Numbered from the stretch's first letter, positions 1-9,977 are shown. The stretch: DNA of 64,000 nt from an uncultured Roseburia sp. (GCA_964390485.1 CAYMIS010000003.1:1259-65258), one strand, 5' to 3'. Numbers and translations are program-made. The notes: generated by a model not told the origin, from the sequence alone.

Positions 1-404
1 TTATGCAGATAATTCTTCTGTTCCCGCTCTGTTTCAATTTTTTCTCTTATCTCGGAAAGCACCTTCTGCATTGCACTACGGGTAATTGGCTTCAAAAGAT
101 ACTGTTCTACCCCCTCATTAATCGCACGTCTGGCATATTCAAAATCATCATATCCACTGATAATAACAATTTTCATATCAGGAAATTCCTGACCTACAAT
201 ATGACTTAAGGATAAACCATCCATAAAAGGCATTTTAATATCCGTAATTAATACGTCCGGCTGAACCTTACGAATGAGTGGCAGAGCCATTTCTCCATCT
301 CCTGCTTCCCCAACGAATTTATAGCCATACTGCTGCCATGGAATATTGTCCCTTATGCCTTCTCTTACAACACTCTCATCCTCTACCAGAAAAACCTTTA
401 ACAT
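1..404 (-). CDS. Two-component response regulator, YesN type (5' part; runs off the window edge)
   Basis: Manual translation from ATG at 404: MLKVFLVEDESVVREGIRDNIPWQQYGYKFVGEAGDGEMAL...PDVLITDIKMPFMDG, a receiver domain. Lies downstream of a YesM-type kinase. Not in the ORF track because it is truncated. Confidence 0.9.
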   Translation of the reverse strand, partial: MLKVFLVEDESVVREGIRDNIPWQQYGYKFVGEAGDGEMALPLIRKVQPDVLITDIKMPFMDGLSLSHIVGQEFPDMKIVIISGYDDFEYARRAINEGVEQYLLKPITRSAMQKVLSEIREKIETEREQKNYLH

Positions 405-424
405 CTTAACTAACCCCTTCTTTA

Positions 425-1459
425 TTAATAACTGCGTTCTTCTAAATACAGCCCCACATTTTCTTTTGTAAATATTTTTTCTTCTATAAGATATTCCTTC
501 TCTACTTCTTCTCCCTTCTGAAGCTTTTGAATCACCTCTGCTACATATTCCCCCTGCTCCGGATTACATTCTACATCCAGACTAATTACTCCATCTTCTA
601 CCAGCTCTAATGCTCCCCGTACTGCATCAAAGGAAATCATTAGCATATCTCCATCTTCCCCTAGGGTAAATCCAGCCTCTTCAATCGCCTCAATCGCTCC
701 AAAGGTCATATCATCATTCTGGGAAATTACCACATCTATATCTGGATATTTCTGCAGAAAAAGCTTCATTACCTCTTCGCCCTTTGCTGTAGTAAATTCG
801 GCACTTCTCTGCTCTAAAATATTCCAATTAGAATGGGTATCTGCTATGGAATCAAAGCCTATTGTTCTGCCAAGCTGCGCTGAAGACCCAATGGTTCCCT
901 GCAAAACAACAATATTTATCTCTTCCTCTTCCCTGCCGGTCTGTACTAAATATTCCTCTAACCACTGTCCTGCCTTTTCTCCTTCTTCTCTTGTATCTGC
1001 ACCAATCCAGGTGGTATATAGCTCTGCAGCTTTAGCAGAAACCTTTCTATCTACAAGAATTACCGGAATCCCTGCATCTTTTGCCTCCTGTAGCACAGTT
1101 TCCCAGCCATCCTCCGTTACCGGAGAAAATACAATGTAATCCACCCTCTGGGAAATAAATCCCCGGATTGCTTTTATCTGGTTCTCCTGCTTCTGCCTTG
1201 CATTATGAAACATCAGAAAATATCCGTTTTCTTTTGTCAATGCCTTCTGTATGGAGGTGGTATTGGCAGTTCTCCATACAGATTCACTTCCAATCTGGGA
1301 AAAGCCCACCACCACCAGATTCTCATCTTCGCTTAAAGTGGCATTCTCTTCTGTTTCCGGCTCTATATCAGAAAACATTCCGCAGCCCCCAAGCATTCCC
1401 ATAAGAAATACTGCGGCAAGAAGCAGCTTTCTTCTTTTGTTTCCCCTGTTGATTTTCAT
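425..1459 (-). CDS. Sugar-binding lipoprotein, periplasmic-binding type I (YtfQ/galactofuranose-binding-like)
   Basis: Lipobox LGGC; motifs VGFSQIGSESVWRTANT and ISQRVDYIVFSPV, NDDM. Confidence 0.85.
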   Translation of the reverse strand: MKINRGNKRRKLLLAAVFLMGMLGGCGMFSDIEPETEENATLSEDENLVVVGFSQIGSESVWRTANTTSIQKALTKENGYFLMFHNARQKQENQIKAIRGFISQRVDYIVFSPVTEDGWETVLQEAKDAGIPVILVDRKVSAKAAELYTTWIGADTREEGEKAGQWLEEYLVQTGREEEEINIVVLQGTIGSSAQLGRTIGFDSIADTHSNWNILEQRSAEFTTAKGEEVMKLFLQKYPDIDVVISQNDDMTFGAIEAIEEAGFTLGEDGDMLMISFDAVRGALELVEDGVISLDVECNPEQGEYVAEVIQKLQKGEEVEKEYLIEEKIFTKENVGLYLEERSY

Positions 1460-1501
1460 TTATAAATCCCCCTTGCTTTTTACGTATAAACACTTTACAG
1501 C

Positions 1502-2998
1502 TTATGCCATGTCTTTTGCCTTCTTTTCCATTTGTTCTGCCGGTATTACAATTCTTACCGTTGTTCCTTCTCCTTGTATGGAATCTATTGTCATTCCATA
1601 TTCCTCTCCAAAATTCATTCGGATACGCTCATTCACATTGGCAAGTCCAAAGCCTTTTTCTGTCTCCTTGCAGGAACGTCTGATTTCTTTTTGAAGTTTT
1701 TCTAATTCTTCTTTTTCCATCCCCACACCATTGTCCTTTACCGCAAGATAAATTTTTCCTTCCACAAGAGAACCGGTAATTGTTATCGTTCCCCTTGCTC
1801 TTTTATACTTTATTCCATGATAAAGAGCATTCTCCACCAGTGGCTGCAATGTCATTTTCAAAATCTTATACTCATATATTTCCGGGCTCAGTAAAATCTC
1901 ATAATCTAAGATATCTTTATAACGCACCTGCTGAATTTCCAAATAACTTCGGATATGACGTTCTTCCTCTCCAATCGTGATAACTTCTTTCCCCTGACTT
2001 AACACTAACCGGAAAAAATCAGACAAAGAAACCACCATATCCACTGCTTTTTCACTTGAGTTCCCCTCAATCAGCCAGATAATCGTATCTAGTGTATTAT
2101 ATAAAAAATGAGGATTAATCTGCTCCTGCAAAAGCCGAAGCTCTGCCTGACGCATTTTCCTTTCATCCTCCTTAATCTGCTTAACCATAATTTCTAAGTG
2201 TTCCGTCATATCATTAACACTGTCTGCTAAAACTGAAATCTCATCCTCGGATTCCACACTTGCCCGCACTGAAAAATCCCCTTTGGAAATCTGTTCTGTC
2301 ACACCACACAATTCTCCCACCGGCTTTGTAATACTGATTAAAATAAAACGGGCTGTAATCAACACACCTGCCACTATTATAAATAAGATAATGGTACATA
2401 CTATCGTAAAAGTTTCTACCTGACGATTTAACTGCACCTTTAAGCTTTCAATACTTTTCGTCTGATAATAGATATAATACTGAATATCGTCCTGAATCAA
2501 TTCGGTCAAAATATAAATATTATTGTCTAACATCTCTATATTTTCATCATAATGTCCGCCCTCATCTAAGTTTACCTTAATATCATCCACCCGGTCTTCT
2601 AAGGTTTCAATATTACGCAGCAGACTTTGCAGCCATACACGGCTTTCTTTATCAGTTGTAATCTGCATCAGCATCTTAAAATCCTGACGTAAATCATCTA
2701 TTAATTCATACGGATTCTGAAGTGAAACATCCTCATTTATATTTTCAAATGTAACACACTCAACTACCAGCTTATAGATACTCTCATCCACTTCTTCTTT
2801 AAAATTCAGATTATAGCTATTTGCAATTGTCATATTGCTCACAATCTCATCATAGGAATTACTATAATTTACCAATGCAGCAATAAGATAAATTGTAATA
2901 CAAAGCAGCGGCAGCGTTGCTGCCAGCACAAGCATTATCAATTTATTTCTTAATGGATATCTAAGCCTCCCAATTTTCTGTTTTTCTGCCATCTCCAT
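1502..2998 (-). CDS. Sensor histidine kinase, YesM/LytS family
   Basis: Two TM segments, HAMP, QINPHFLYNTL H-box, LQPLVENA, DNGVG, GFGLANV. Start placed at ATG 2998 after a GGAGGG RBS. Confidence 0.92.
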   Translation of the reverse strand: MEMAEKQKIGRLRYPLRNKLIMLVLAATLPLLCITIYLIAALVNYSNSYDEIVSNMTIANSYNLNFKEEVDESIYKLVVECVTFENINEDVSLQNPYELIDDLRQDFKMLMQITTDKESRVWLQSLLRNIETLEDRVDDIKVNLDEGGHYDENIEMLDNNIYILTELIQDDIQYYIYYQTKSIESLKVQLNRQVETFTIVCTIILFIIVAGVLITARFILISITKPVGELCGVTEQISKGDFSVRASVESEDEISVLADSVNDMTEHLEIMVKQIKEDERKMRQAELRLLQEQINPHFLYNTLDTIIWLIEGNSSEKAVDMVVSLSDFFRLVLSQGKEVITIGEEERHIRSYLEIQQVRYKDILDYEILLSPEIYEYKILKMTLQPLVENALYHGIKYKRARGTITITGSLVEGKIYLAVKDNGVGMEKEELEKLQKEIRRSCKETEKGFGLANVNERIRMNFGEEYGMTIDSIQGEGTTVRIVIPAEQMEKKAKDMA

Positions 2999-3094
2999 AT
3001 AAATCCCCTCCAAAAATACCAACTCTATTTTACACAGAATCCATATACTTCCACAAGACTATTTTCATGAACATCTGCAAAAATTTCTACCATA

Positions 3095-3133
3095 ACAAAA
3101 CGAGCCCCACATAATACAAATTATGTGGAGCTC
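3095..3133 (-). terminator. Intrinsic terminator after galM
   Basis: Inverted repeat gagccccacataa/ttatgtggagctc followed by a T-run on the minus strand. Confidence 0.6.
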
Positions 3134-3143
3134 TCAAATATTT

Positions 3144-4190
3144 TTATTTTTCTACAAAGAAATGATATTTTGTTTCAGACTTATATGTCTCTCCTGCTTT
3201 AAGTACAGGTGTTTTAAAGCTTTCTTCATTGATTGCATTTGGGAAATACTGTGTTTCCAGACAGAAACCATGACGGAATCCGTAAGTTACACCATCTTTT
3301 CCCGGATGCTCGCTTACAAAGTTACCGGTGTAAAGCTGAATACCTACACAATCGGTATAAACATCCATGGAAATACCGGAATTTACGGCTTTTGCCCGGG
3401 CAGCTAACTGCATAGTACCATCTGCTTTATCCAGTACATAGTTATGGTCATAACCACCGGCAAATTTTAACTGTTCAAAGTCATCCCCAATACGTGTACC
3501 AATTTTTTCCATTTTACGGAAATCCATTGGTGTACCGGAAACCTTAGCTACTTCACCGGTTGGAATTGCTTTTGCATCAATGACCGGAGTATAGTAGGAA
3601 GCTAAAATTTCTAATTCCTGATTCTCAACACTTCCGGTATCATGGCCATCTAAGTTGAAATACGCATGGTTTGTAAAGTTTGCAACAGTTGTTTTGTCAG
3701 AATCTGCTTCATAAGAAATTACCAGTGCATTATCATCTGTCAGTTCATAAGTTACAGATGCATTCATATTTCCCGGGAAATCCTGCTCTCCATCCTTGCT
3801 TAAGTATGTAAACACAATTTTCTGTGCTTCTACTGCTTTCACGTCCCAGATAACGGCATGGAATCCCCTGCTTCCGCTGTGAAGATTATTTTCGTTATCA
3901 TTCTGCTCTAAAGCATATTCTGTTCCATCTAATGTAATGCTTGCCTGATTAATACGGTTGGAGTTACGACCGATAACTGCACCAAAATAGCAGGTATTTG
4001 TCTGGTAATCTACCGGGTTATCATAGCCAAGTGTCACGTCTCTTACAACACCATCTTTATCTGCTAATTTAATGGAAACAATTGTAGCACCTAAATCAAT
4101 AAAGGATACTTCCATTCCATTTTTGTTGGTCAGTGTATATTTCTTTACTTCATTGCCTTCTTTTGTTTTACCAAAACTTACTGCTCCCAT
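3144..4190 (-). CDS. galM: Aldose 1-epimerase (mutarotase)
   Basis: GRNSNRI, NLHSG, NFTNHAYFNL, GYDHNY, FCLETQ motifs. Confidence 0.93.
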   Translation of the reverse strand: MGAVSFGKTKEGNEVKKYTLTNKNGMEVSFIDLGATIVSIKLADKDGVVRDVTLGYDNPVDYQTNTCYFGAVIGRNSNRINQASITLDGTEYALEQNDNENNLHSGSRGFHAVIWDVKAVEAQKIVFTYLSKDGEQDFPGNMNASVTYELTDDNALVISYEADSDKTTVANFTNHAYFNLDGHDTGSVENQELEILASYYTPVIDAKAIPTGEVAKVSGTPMDFRKMEKIGTRIGDDFEQLKFAGGYDHNYVLDKADGTMQLAARAKAVNSGISMDVYTDCVGIQLYTGNFVSEHPGKDGVTYGFRHGFCLETQYFPNAINEESFKTPVLKAGETYKSETKYHFFVEK

Positions 4191-4307
4191 AGTCATCCTC
4201 ATTTCTGTGCCCTTTGCCGGATAATGCTATTTTCATAAAAAATAGTACTATCTTGCTTTTACACTTTTTATTTTGTCTGTAAGAACTTTTATCAAAAGCA
4301 TTCTATA

Positions 4308-5000
4308 TTACTGTCCGTAATATGCATTTGCTCCATGTTTACGATAGAAATGTTTCTCTTTGATACAATCCGGTGCCGGTTTTACATCCGGATTAATCAT
4401 TTCTGTATTTCTGGCCATTTTTGCAACTTCTTCTAATACAACAGCGTTGTGTACTGCTTCTGCTGCATCTTTTCCCCAGGTGAAAGGTCCATGGTTTTTG
4501 CAAAGAACTGCCGGTGTATATACCGGATTAATTCCGCGGGTTTCGAAGGTTTCAATAATTACAACACCTGTATTTTTCTCATAGGCTTCTTCGATTTCTT
4601 CCGGAGTAAGGTTTCTTGCGCATGGAATTGCTCCTAAGAAATAATCTGCATGGGTGGTTCCGTAAAGAGGAATATCTCTTCCAGCCTGTGCCCAAGCAAC
4701 TGCTTCCGGTGAATGGGTATGTACCACACCGCCAATTTCCGGATATTTTTTGTATAATTCGATATGAGTTGCTGTATCAGAAGATGGTTTGTATTTTCCT
4801 TCGATTTTGTTTCCTTCCAAGTCCATAACAACCATATCTTCCGGTGTTAATTCATCATAATCCACACCACTTGGTTTAATTACAAAATAGCCTGTTTCAC
4901 GGTCGATTCCGCTGACATTTCCCCATGTATAGGTAATTAATCCACGCTTTGGAAGCTCCATGTTTGCTTCATACACCTGTTTTTTTAATTCTTCTAACAT
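4308..5000 (-). CDS. araD: L-ribulose-5-phosphate 4-epimerase
   Basis: [39 protein letters not shown]. Start at ATG 5000. Confidence 0.96.
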   Translation of the reverse strand: MLEELKKQVYEANMELPKRGLITYTWGNVSGIDRETGYFVIKPSGVDYDELTPEDMVVMDLEGNKIEGKYKPSSDTATHIELYKKYPEIGGVVHTHSPEAVAWAQAGRDIPLYGTTHADYFLGAIPCARNLTPEEIEEAYEKNTGVVIIETFETRGINPVYTPAVLCKNHGPFTWGKDAAEAVHNAVVLEEVAKMARNTEMINPDVKPAPDCIKEKHFYRKHGANAYYGQ

Positions 5001-5164
5001 TTCTATTTCCTCACTATAAAAATTCTTATTTTTATGTATCTGCCTCAACATTTTTTATGCATTGGCAGACTATGTCATTTTTGTATATTCGGAGATAGCG
5101 GAAACCGTTACCGACTTCCGCTACACTTCCTTAAAAGGTTCTTATAAAATAGTACAAATATTAA

Positions 5165-6106
5165 TTATTTCATTTCACTTAAAATGCGTTTTGTTATGCC
5201 CTCTGCATCCAGTTCATATTTATGAAGCAGTTCCTTTGCCGGACCTGATTCGCCAAATACATCCTTTACACCGATACGTGTAACCTTTGTTGGGCATTTT
5301 TCACTTAAGCATTCAGATACTGCTGCACCAAGACCACCAATGATAGAATGCTCTTCTACGGTAAAGATTCTTCCTGTTTTCTTCGCTGCATTGATTACGA
5401 TTTCTTCATCTAATGGTTTGATAGTGTGAATGTTGATTACCTGTGCGCTGATTCCTTTTTCTTCTAAAGCTTCTGCTGCTTTCATTGCTTCAGAAACACA
5501 AAGTCCTGTTGCAATAATTGTGATATCAGAACCGTCACGTAATTCTACACCTTTACCAATTTCAAATTTGTAAGTAGCTTCATCATTGAATACCGGTACT
5601 GCAAGTCTTCCGAAACGAAGATATACAGGACCAACATGCTCATAGGCTGCTTTTACAGCTGCTCTTGCTTCTACGTCATCACATGGATTGATAACTACCA
5701 TACCAGGGATTGCACGCATTAATGCGATATCCTCGTTACACTGGTGGGATGCACCGTCTTCACCAACGGAAATACCAGCGTGAGTTGCACCAATTTTTAC
5801 ATTTAAGTGTGGATATCCGATTGCATTACGAACCTGTTCAAAGGAACGTCCGGCTGCAAACATTGCGAATGTACTGATAAATGGCACATATCCACAAGTA
5901 GAAAGACCTGCTGCGATACCTGTCATGTTTGCTTCTGCAATACCACAATCAATATGTCTTTCTGGGAATGCTTTTTTGAAAATACCTGTTTTTGTTGCTG
6001 CAGCAAGGTCAGCATCTAAAACGATAAGATTTTCGTGTTCTTTTCCGATTTCTACTAATGCGTTACCATAACTATCTCTGGTTGCTACTGCTTTTACTTC
6101 TGACAC
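5165..6106 (-). CDS. Transketolase, C-terminal (pyrimidine-binding) subunit
   Basis: ATRDSYG, GIAEANM, GEDGASHQ, EEHSIIGGLG. Confidence 0.95.
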   Translation of the reverse strand: MSEVKAVATRDSYGNALVEIGKEHENLIVLDADLAAATKTGIFKKAFPERHIDCGIAEANMTGIAAGLSTCGYVPFISTFAMFAAGRSFEQVRNAIGYPHLNVKIGATHAGISVGEDGASHQCNEDIALMRAIPGMVVINPCDDVEARAAVKAAYEHVGPVYLRFGRLAVPVFNDEATYKFEIGKGVELRDGSDITIIATGLCVSEAMKAAEALEEKGISAQVINIHTIKPLDEEIVINAAKKTGRIFTVEEHSIIGGLGAAVSECLSEKCPTKVTRIGVKDVFGESGPAKELLHKYELDAEGITKRILSEMK

Positions 6107-6930
6107 AATGCTTCACCAACCTTTCTTAAATCTTCCATTGCAACGGCATACTGCTCATCATTTGGAGCTTTTCCATGCCAGTCAACACTGTTTTCCATGA
6201 AGGAAACATCTTTTCCTTTTAATGTGTGGGCAATGATTGCTGTTGGCATACCTTTGGTTGCCTTTGCTTCATCAAATGCCTTTTTGATTTCATCGAAATC
6301 ATTTCCATTAATATTAATTACATGGAAATTAAAAGCTTCGAATTTTTTATCGATTGGGTATGGAGAACATACTTCATCGATAGAACCATCAATCTGAAGG
6401 TTGTTATTATCAACGATAACACAAAGGTTATCTAATTTACGATGTCCGGCAAACATTGCTGCTTCCCAAATCTGACCTTCCTGAATTTCACCGTCTCCGC
6501 AAAGTGCGTATACACGATAATCCTTATTCTGAAGTTTTCCGGCTAAAGCCATACCTGTTGCACAGGATAAGCCCTGTCCTAAAGAACCGGAAGACATATC
6601 AACACCTGGGATATGTTTCATATCCGGATGTCCCTGTAAGTAAGAGCCTGTGTGACGTAATGTTAAAAGGTCTTCTACCGGGAAATATCCTCTGTTTGCA
6701 AGGGCAGAGTAAAGACCCGGTGCTGTATGACCTTTGGATAATACAAAACGGTCTCTTTCCGGATTCTTTGGATTCTTTGGATCAATGTTCATTTCTTCAA
6801 AATATAAATATGTGAAAATATCTGCTGCTGAAAGAGATCCACCCGGATGTCCTGCCTTAGCGGCATGAACAGCGGAAACGATGCCCTTACGAACTTCAAC
6901 AGCGGTTTTCTGAAGTTCTAATTTGTTCAT
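6094..6930 (-). CDS. Transketolase, N-terminal (TPP-binding) subunit
   Basis: GHPGGSLS, DRFVLSKGH, GSLGQGL, GDGEIQEG, WHGKAP. Confidence 0.95.
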   Translation of the reverse strand: MNKLELQKTAVEVRKGIVSAVHAAKAGHPGGSLSAADIFTYLYFEEMNIDPKNPKNPERDRFVLSKGHTAPGLYSALANRGYFPVEDLLTLRHTGSYLQGHPDMKHIPGVDMSSGSLGQGLSCATGMALAGKLQNKDYRVYALCGDGEIQEGQIWEAAMFAGHRKLDNLCVIVDNNNLQIDGSIDEVCSPYPIDKKFEAFNFHVININGNDFDEIKKAFDEAKATKGMPTAIIAHTLKGKDVSFMENSVDWHGKAPNDEQYAVAMEDLRKVGEALCQK

Positions 6931-6963
6931 GATGATTCCTTTCTTTGAAAAGTTTAGATTTTG

Positions 6964-7182
6964 TGCATTTTAGTGATGGGGTGTGTAGACAGAAGAAAAG
7001 GGCTGCTACCTGCTTTTTATCTTCCGTTACGCTTAGCATTCCGTCGAACCAAAGCAATACATCAATTCGTTTCAGCAGTGGCTTCACGAATTGATTTTGT
7101 TTCGACTCCATAGCGTAAAGTCAGATAAAAAGCAGATATCAACCATTTTCTTCCCACTACGCTATGTCTCCACTAAAATGTA
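6964..7182 (-). repeat. Long imperfect hairpin element, copy 1 (~220 nt; structured ncRNA or REPIN-like)
   Basis: Nested inverted repeats: cattttagtg/cactaaaatg, ctgctttttatct/agataaaaagcag, ttacgct/agcgtaa, gtcgaa/ttcgac, atcaattcgt/acgaattgat. Homologous in reverse orientation to 7349-7567. Confidence 0.75.
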
Positions 7183-7348
7183 TCTCAGTTACTATTATTT
7201 TCAGGAGAAAGTAAGCCCACTACGAAAGAACAATTTGAAACTTCATTGCAGAGGATTTAGGTTCTCCTGATTTTGTATGTATTATTGTAAAATTCCATGC
7301 TTTGAATTGCAAAGCATGGCTCTTTGTGAATCATTTCACAGCGTAGAT

Positions 7349-7567
7349 GGATTTTCTGGTGTTCCTGCTGTAGATGGAAAAGAAAATTATTAGCTGGATT
7401 TTTACGCGACTTTATGCGGCGGATATGAGACCAATTGAATTCTTGAAGCCTTTGCTGAAAGAATTCATGCTTTGCTTGGGCTCATAGGAGCGCTTCGCAT
7501 AACGGAGCGTGAAAATGCAGGTAACTGATTTTCTTTTCTTACACAACTTCTATACACCAGAAAATCC
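7349..7567 (+). repeat. Long imperfect hairpin element, copy 2 (~220 nt)
   Basis: Nested inverted repeats: ggattttctggtgt/acaccagaaaatcc, gaaaagaaaat/attttcttttc, ttatgcg/cgcataa, tatgag/ctcata, tgaattctt/aagaattca. Apical GAAGCCtttGCTGAA matches copy 1. Confidence 0.75.
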
Positions 7568-7583
7568 CTCAACACCTTGGAAA

Positions 7584-8237
7584 TTAGTCTCCAAAAACAG
7601 CTCTGTAGTCTGCCTGGAATTTTGCAATACCAGCATCTGTTAATGGATGTTTTGTCATTGTTTCAATTACTCCATAAGGAACAGTTGCAATATGAGCGCC
7701 TGCTAAAGCACAGTCTGTTACGTGGATTGGGTTACGAACAGATGCTGCAATAATTTCTGTTTCATATCCATAAATATCAAAAATTTCAGAGATTGTACGG
7801 ATTAAGTCAATACCTGGCATGCTGATATCATCTAATCTTCCTAAGAATGGAGATACATATGTAGCACCAGCTTCTGCTGCTAATAATGCCTGGTTTGCAG
7901 AGAAGATTAATGTAACGTTTGTTTTGATTCCTTCTGCTGCTAATACTTTAACTGCTTTTAAGCCTTCTACTGTCATAGGAATTTTAACTACCATGTTTGG
8001 GTGGATAGCTGCGATTTCACGACCTTCTTTAATCATGCCTTCTGCATCAACAGTTGTAGCTTTTACTTCACCACTGATTGGTCCATCAACGATAGATGTG
8101 ATTTCTTTGATAACTTCATTGAAATCTCTTCCTTCTTTTGCGATTAAGGATGGGTTTGTAGTAACACCACAGATTACTCCCATGTCATTTGCTTTGCGAA
8201 TGTCTTCTACGTTTGCTGTGTCGATAAAAAATTTCAT
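7584..8237 (-). CDS. fsa: Transaldolase / fructose-6-phosphate aldolase family
   Basis: [38 protein letters not shown]. Start at ATG 8237 with AGGAG RBS. Confidence 0.93.
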   Translation of the reverse strand: MKFFIDTANVEDIRKANDMGVICGVTTNPSLIAKEGRDFNEVIKEITSIVDGPISGEVKATTVDAEGMIKEGREIAAIHPNMVVKIPMTVEGLKAVKVLAAEGIKTNVTLIFSANQALLAAEAGATYVSPFLGRLDDISMPGIDLIRTISEIFDIYGYETEIIAASVRNPIHVTDCALAGAHIATVPYGVIETMTKHPLTDAGIAKFQADYRAVFGD

Positions 8238-8257
8238 ATTTTCTTCTCCTTTTTGTA

Positions 8258-8273
8258 ATGTGCACGTGCACAT
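8258..8273. promoter_or_regulatory. Perfect 16-bp palindrome ATGTGCACGTGCACAT, candidate LacI-family operator
   Basis: Directly upstream of the transaldolase RBS; central CG dyad; related sequences at 8346-8379. Confidence 0.55.
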
Positions 8274-8480
8274 ATTATTTACATAGACATAATAGTCCTT
8301 TTTCACATATTTTTCAATAGTAAAACCATTTTTTCTTCTTTATATTGTGCACGCACACGCTACTTACATGTGCGTGCATAAGTTTAAGTCATCAACTTAA
8401 AACATCAAATACTTATTATGAAGCCTTAACATGCACCCAAATACCAAAGCTGCCTGTTATCTCAAGGTCCCTGCTTCTTC

Positions 8481-9977
8481 CTAGCGGTAGAAAATGTTTC
8501 CTAACATAAGGTCTTTTTTGAAGTTGCGGATGGTTGTATCTTTGTCAATGTATACTGCTTCAATTCCCATAGCATTTGCCCAGTCACCCATCTGCTCTGC
8601 AGTTAAGTCATAAGAGAATGCTGTATGGTGTGCACCACCTGCAAGAATCCATGCTTCTGCACCTGTGTAGAAGTCTGGCTGTGGTGTCCAGAAGTTTGTT
8701 GCTACCGGAAGTTTCGGCATTGGTTTTTCACATTTCTTACAATCCACATCATTGATGATAAGACGGAATCTGTCACCAAGGTCGATTAAGGATGTTGCAA
8801 TACCTTTTCCTTCTTTGGAAGTAAATACAAGTCTTGCTGGATCTTCTCTGTCACCCATAGATAATGGCTGGCATTTGATGCTGATTGGACCATCTGCGAT
8901 AGTTGGGCAGATTTCCAACATATGAGCCTGAAGAATTCCTTCTTTTCCTTTTACAAGGTTGTATGTGTAATCTTCTAACATAGAAGTACCCTTTGCATCT
9001 TTTACGCCTTCTGTCATAATCTTCATTAAGCGTACCATTGCAGCTACTTTCCAGTCACCTTCTGCACCGAAACCGTAACCTTTTTCCATTAATCTCTGGA
9101 TTGCAAGACCTGGAAGCTGTTTTAATGCACCTAAATCACCAAAGTGTGTAACGATTGCATGATAATTCTTTTCCTCTAAGAAACGCTCGAATCCAAGTTC
9201 AATCTGTGCCTGAACTGCTACATGTTTCTTAAATTCTTCTGGATCTCTGCCTTCTAATAAAATGTCATACTTACTGTAGTATTCTTCTACTAAAGTATTT
9301 ACATCTGCTGCAGAAACTGCATCTACAGATTCCGCAATTTCATTTACCGGATATGCATCAATTTCCCAGCCAAATTTTAACTGAGCTTCAACTTTATCAC
9401 CTTCTGTTACAGCTACGTTTCTCATGTTATCTGCAACACGCATTACACGGATATGGCTGCTTTCGATCACACCAACTGCTGTACGCATCCAGGAACCAAT
9501 TCTATTCTGTACGTTTTCATCAGCCCAGTGACCAACAACAACTTTTCTTTCGATTCCCATACGTGTTACCATGTGACCCCATTCTCTGTCACCATGAGCA
9601 GACTGGTTCTCATTCATGAAATCCATATCAATTGTGTCGTATGGAATTTCTTCGTTGAACTGTGTATGTAAATGCATTAATGGTTTTCTTAATTCTTTTA
9701 ATCCTAAAATCCATGATTTTGCAGGAGAGAATGTATGACACCATACGATAACACCGGCACATTCTTCATCCATGTTTGCTTCGTTGAAAGTTTTACGGAT
9801 TAATTCGTTTGTGATTAAGGTTGGTTTCCAAACTACTTCATATGGAAGTACTCCGGAAGCGTTTAATTTTTCTACGATAATTTTAGAATGCTCTGCTACG
9901 TTTCTTAAGCACTCATCTCCGTAAAGATCCTGTGATCCTGTACAAAACCAGAATTTGTAATTTTTTACTGCTAACAT
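8481..9977 (-). CDS. araA: L-arabinose isomerase
   Basis: GSQDLYG, WCHTFSPAK, NQSAHGDRE, GFGAEGDWK, HMLEICP, GGAHHT. Confidence 0.97.
   Translation of the reverse strand: MLAVKNYKFWFCTGSQDLYGDECLRNVAEHSKIIVEKLNASGVLPYEVVWKPTLITNELIRKTFNEANMDEECAGVIVWCHTFSPAKSWILGLKELRKPLMHLHTQFNEEIPYDTIDMDFMNENQSAHGDREWGHMVTRMGIERKVVVGHWADENVQNRIGSWMRTAVGVIESSHIRVMRVADNMRNVAVTEGDKVEAQLKFGWEIDAYPVNEIAESVDAVSAADVNTLVEEYYSKYDILLEGRDPEEFKKHVAVQAQIELGFERFLEEKNYHAIVTHFGDLGALKQLPGLAIQRLMEKGYGFGAEGDWKVAAMVRLMKIMTEGVKDAKGTSMLEDYTYNLVKGKEGILQAHMLEICPTIADGPISIKCQPLSMGDREDPARLVFTSKEGKGIATSLIDLGDRFRLIINDVDCKKCEKPMPKLPVATNFWTPQPDFYTGAEAWILAGGAHHTAFSYDLTAEQMGDWANAMGIEAVYIDKDTTIRNFKKDLMLGNIFYR

Noticed and set aside
5165-6930. 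Split transketolase as a frameshifted pseudogene
   Set aside because: Two-gene transketolases are normal in Clostridia; both ORFs are intact and overlap by 13 bp.
6896-7111. 71-aa ORF in hairpin 1, and a 20-aa ORF (MRPIEFLKPLLKEFMLCLGS) in hairpin 2, sharing KPLLK; considered as type I toxins
   Set aside because: The two copies differ by a frameshifting 1-nt indel, substitutions track base pairing rather than codons, and neither has a convincing RBS.
6964-7567. 6S RNA, SRP RNA or integron attC identity for the hairpins
   Set aside because: No large central bubble, SRP loop motif or RYYYAAC/GTTRRRY ends were seen, and there is no integrase nearby. Only an Rfam search would exclude these formally.
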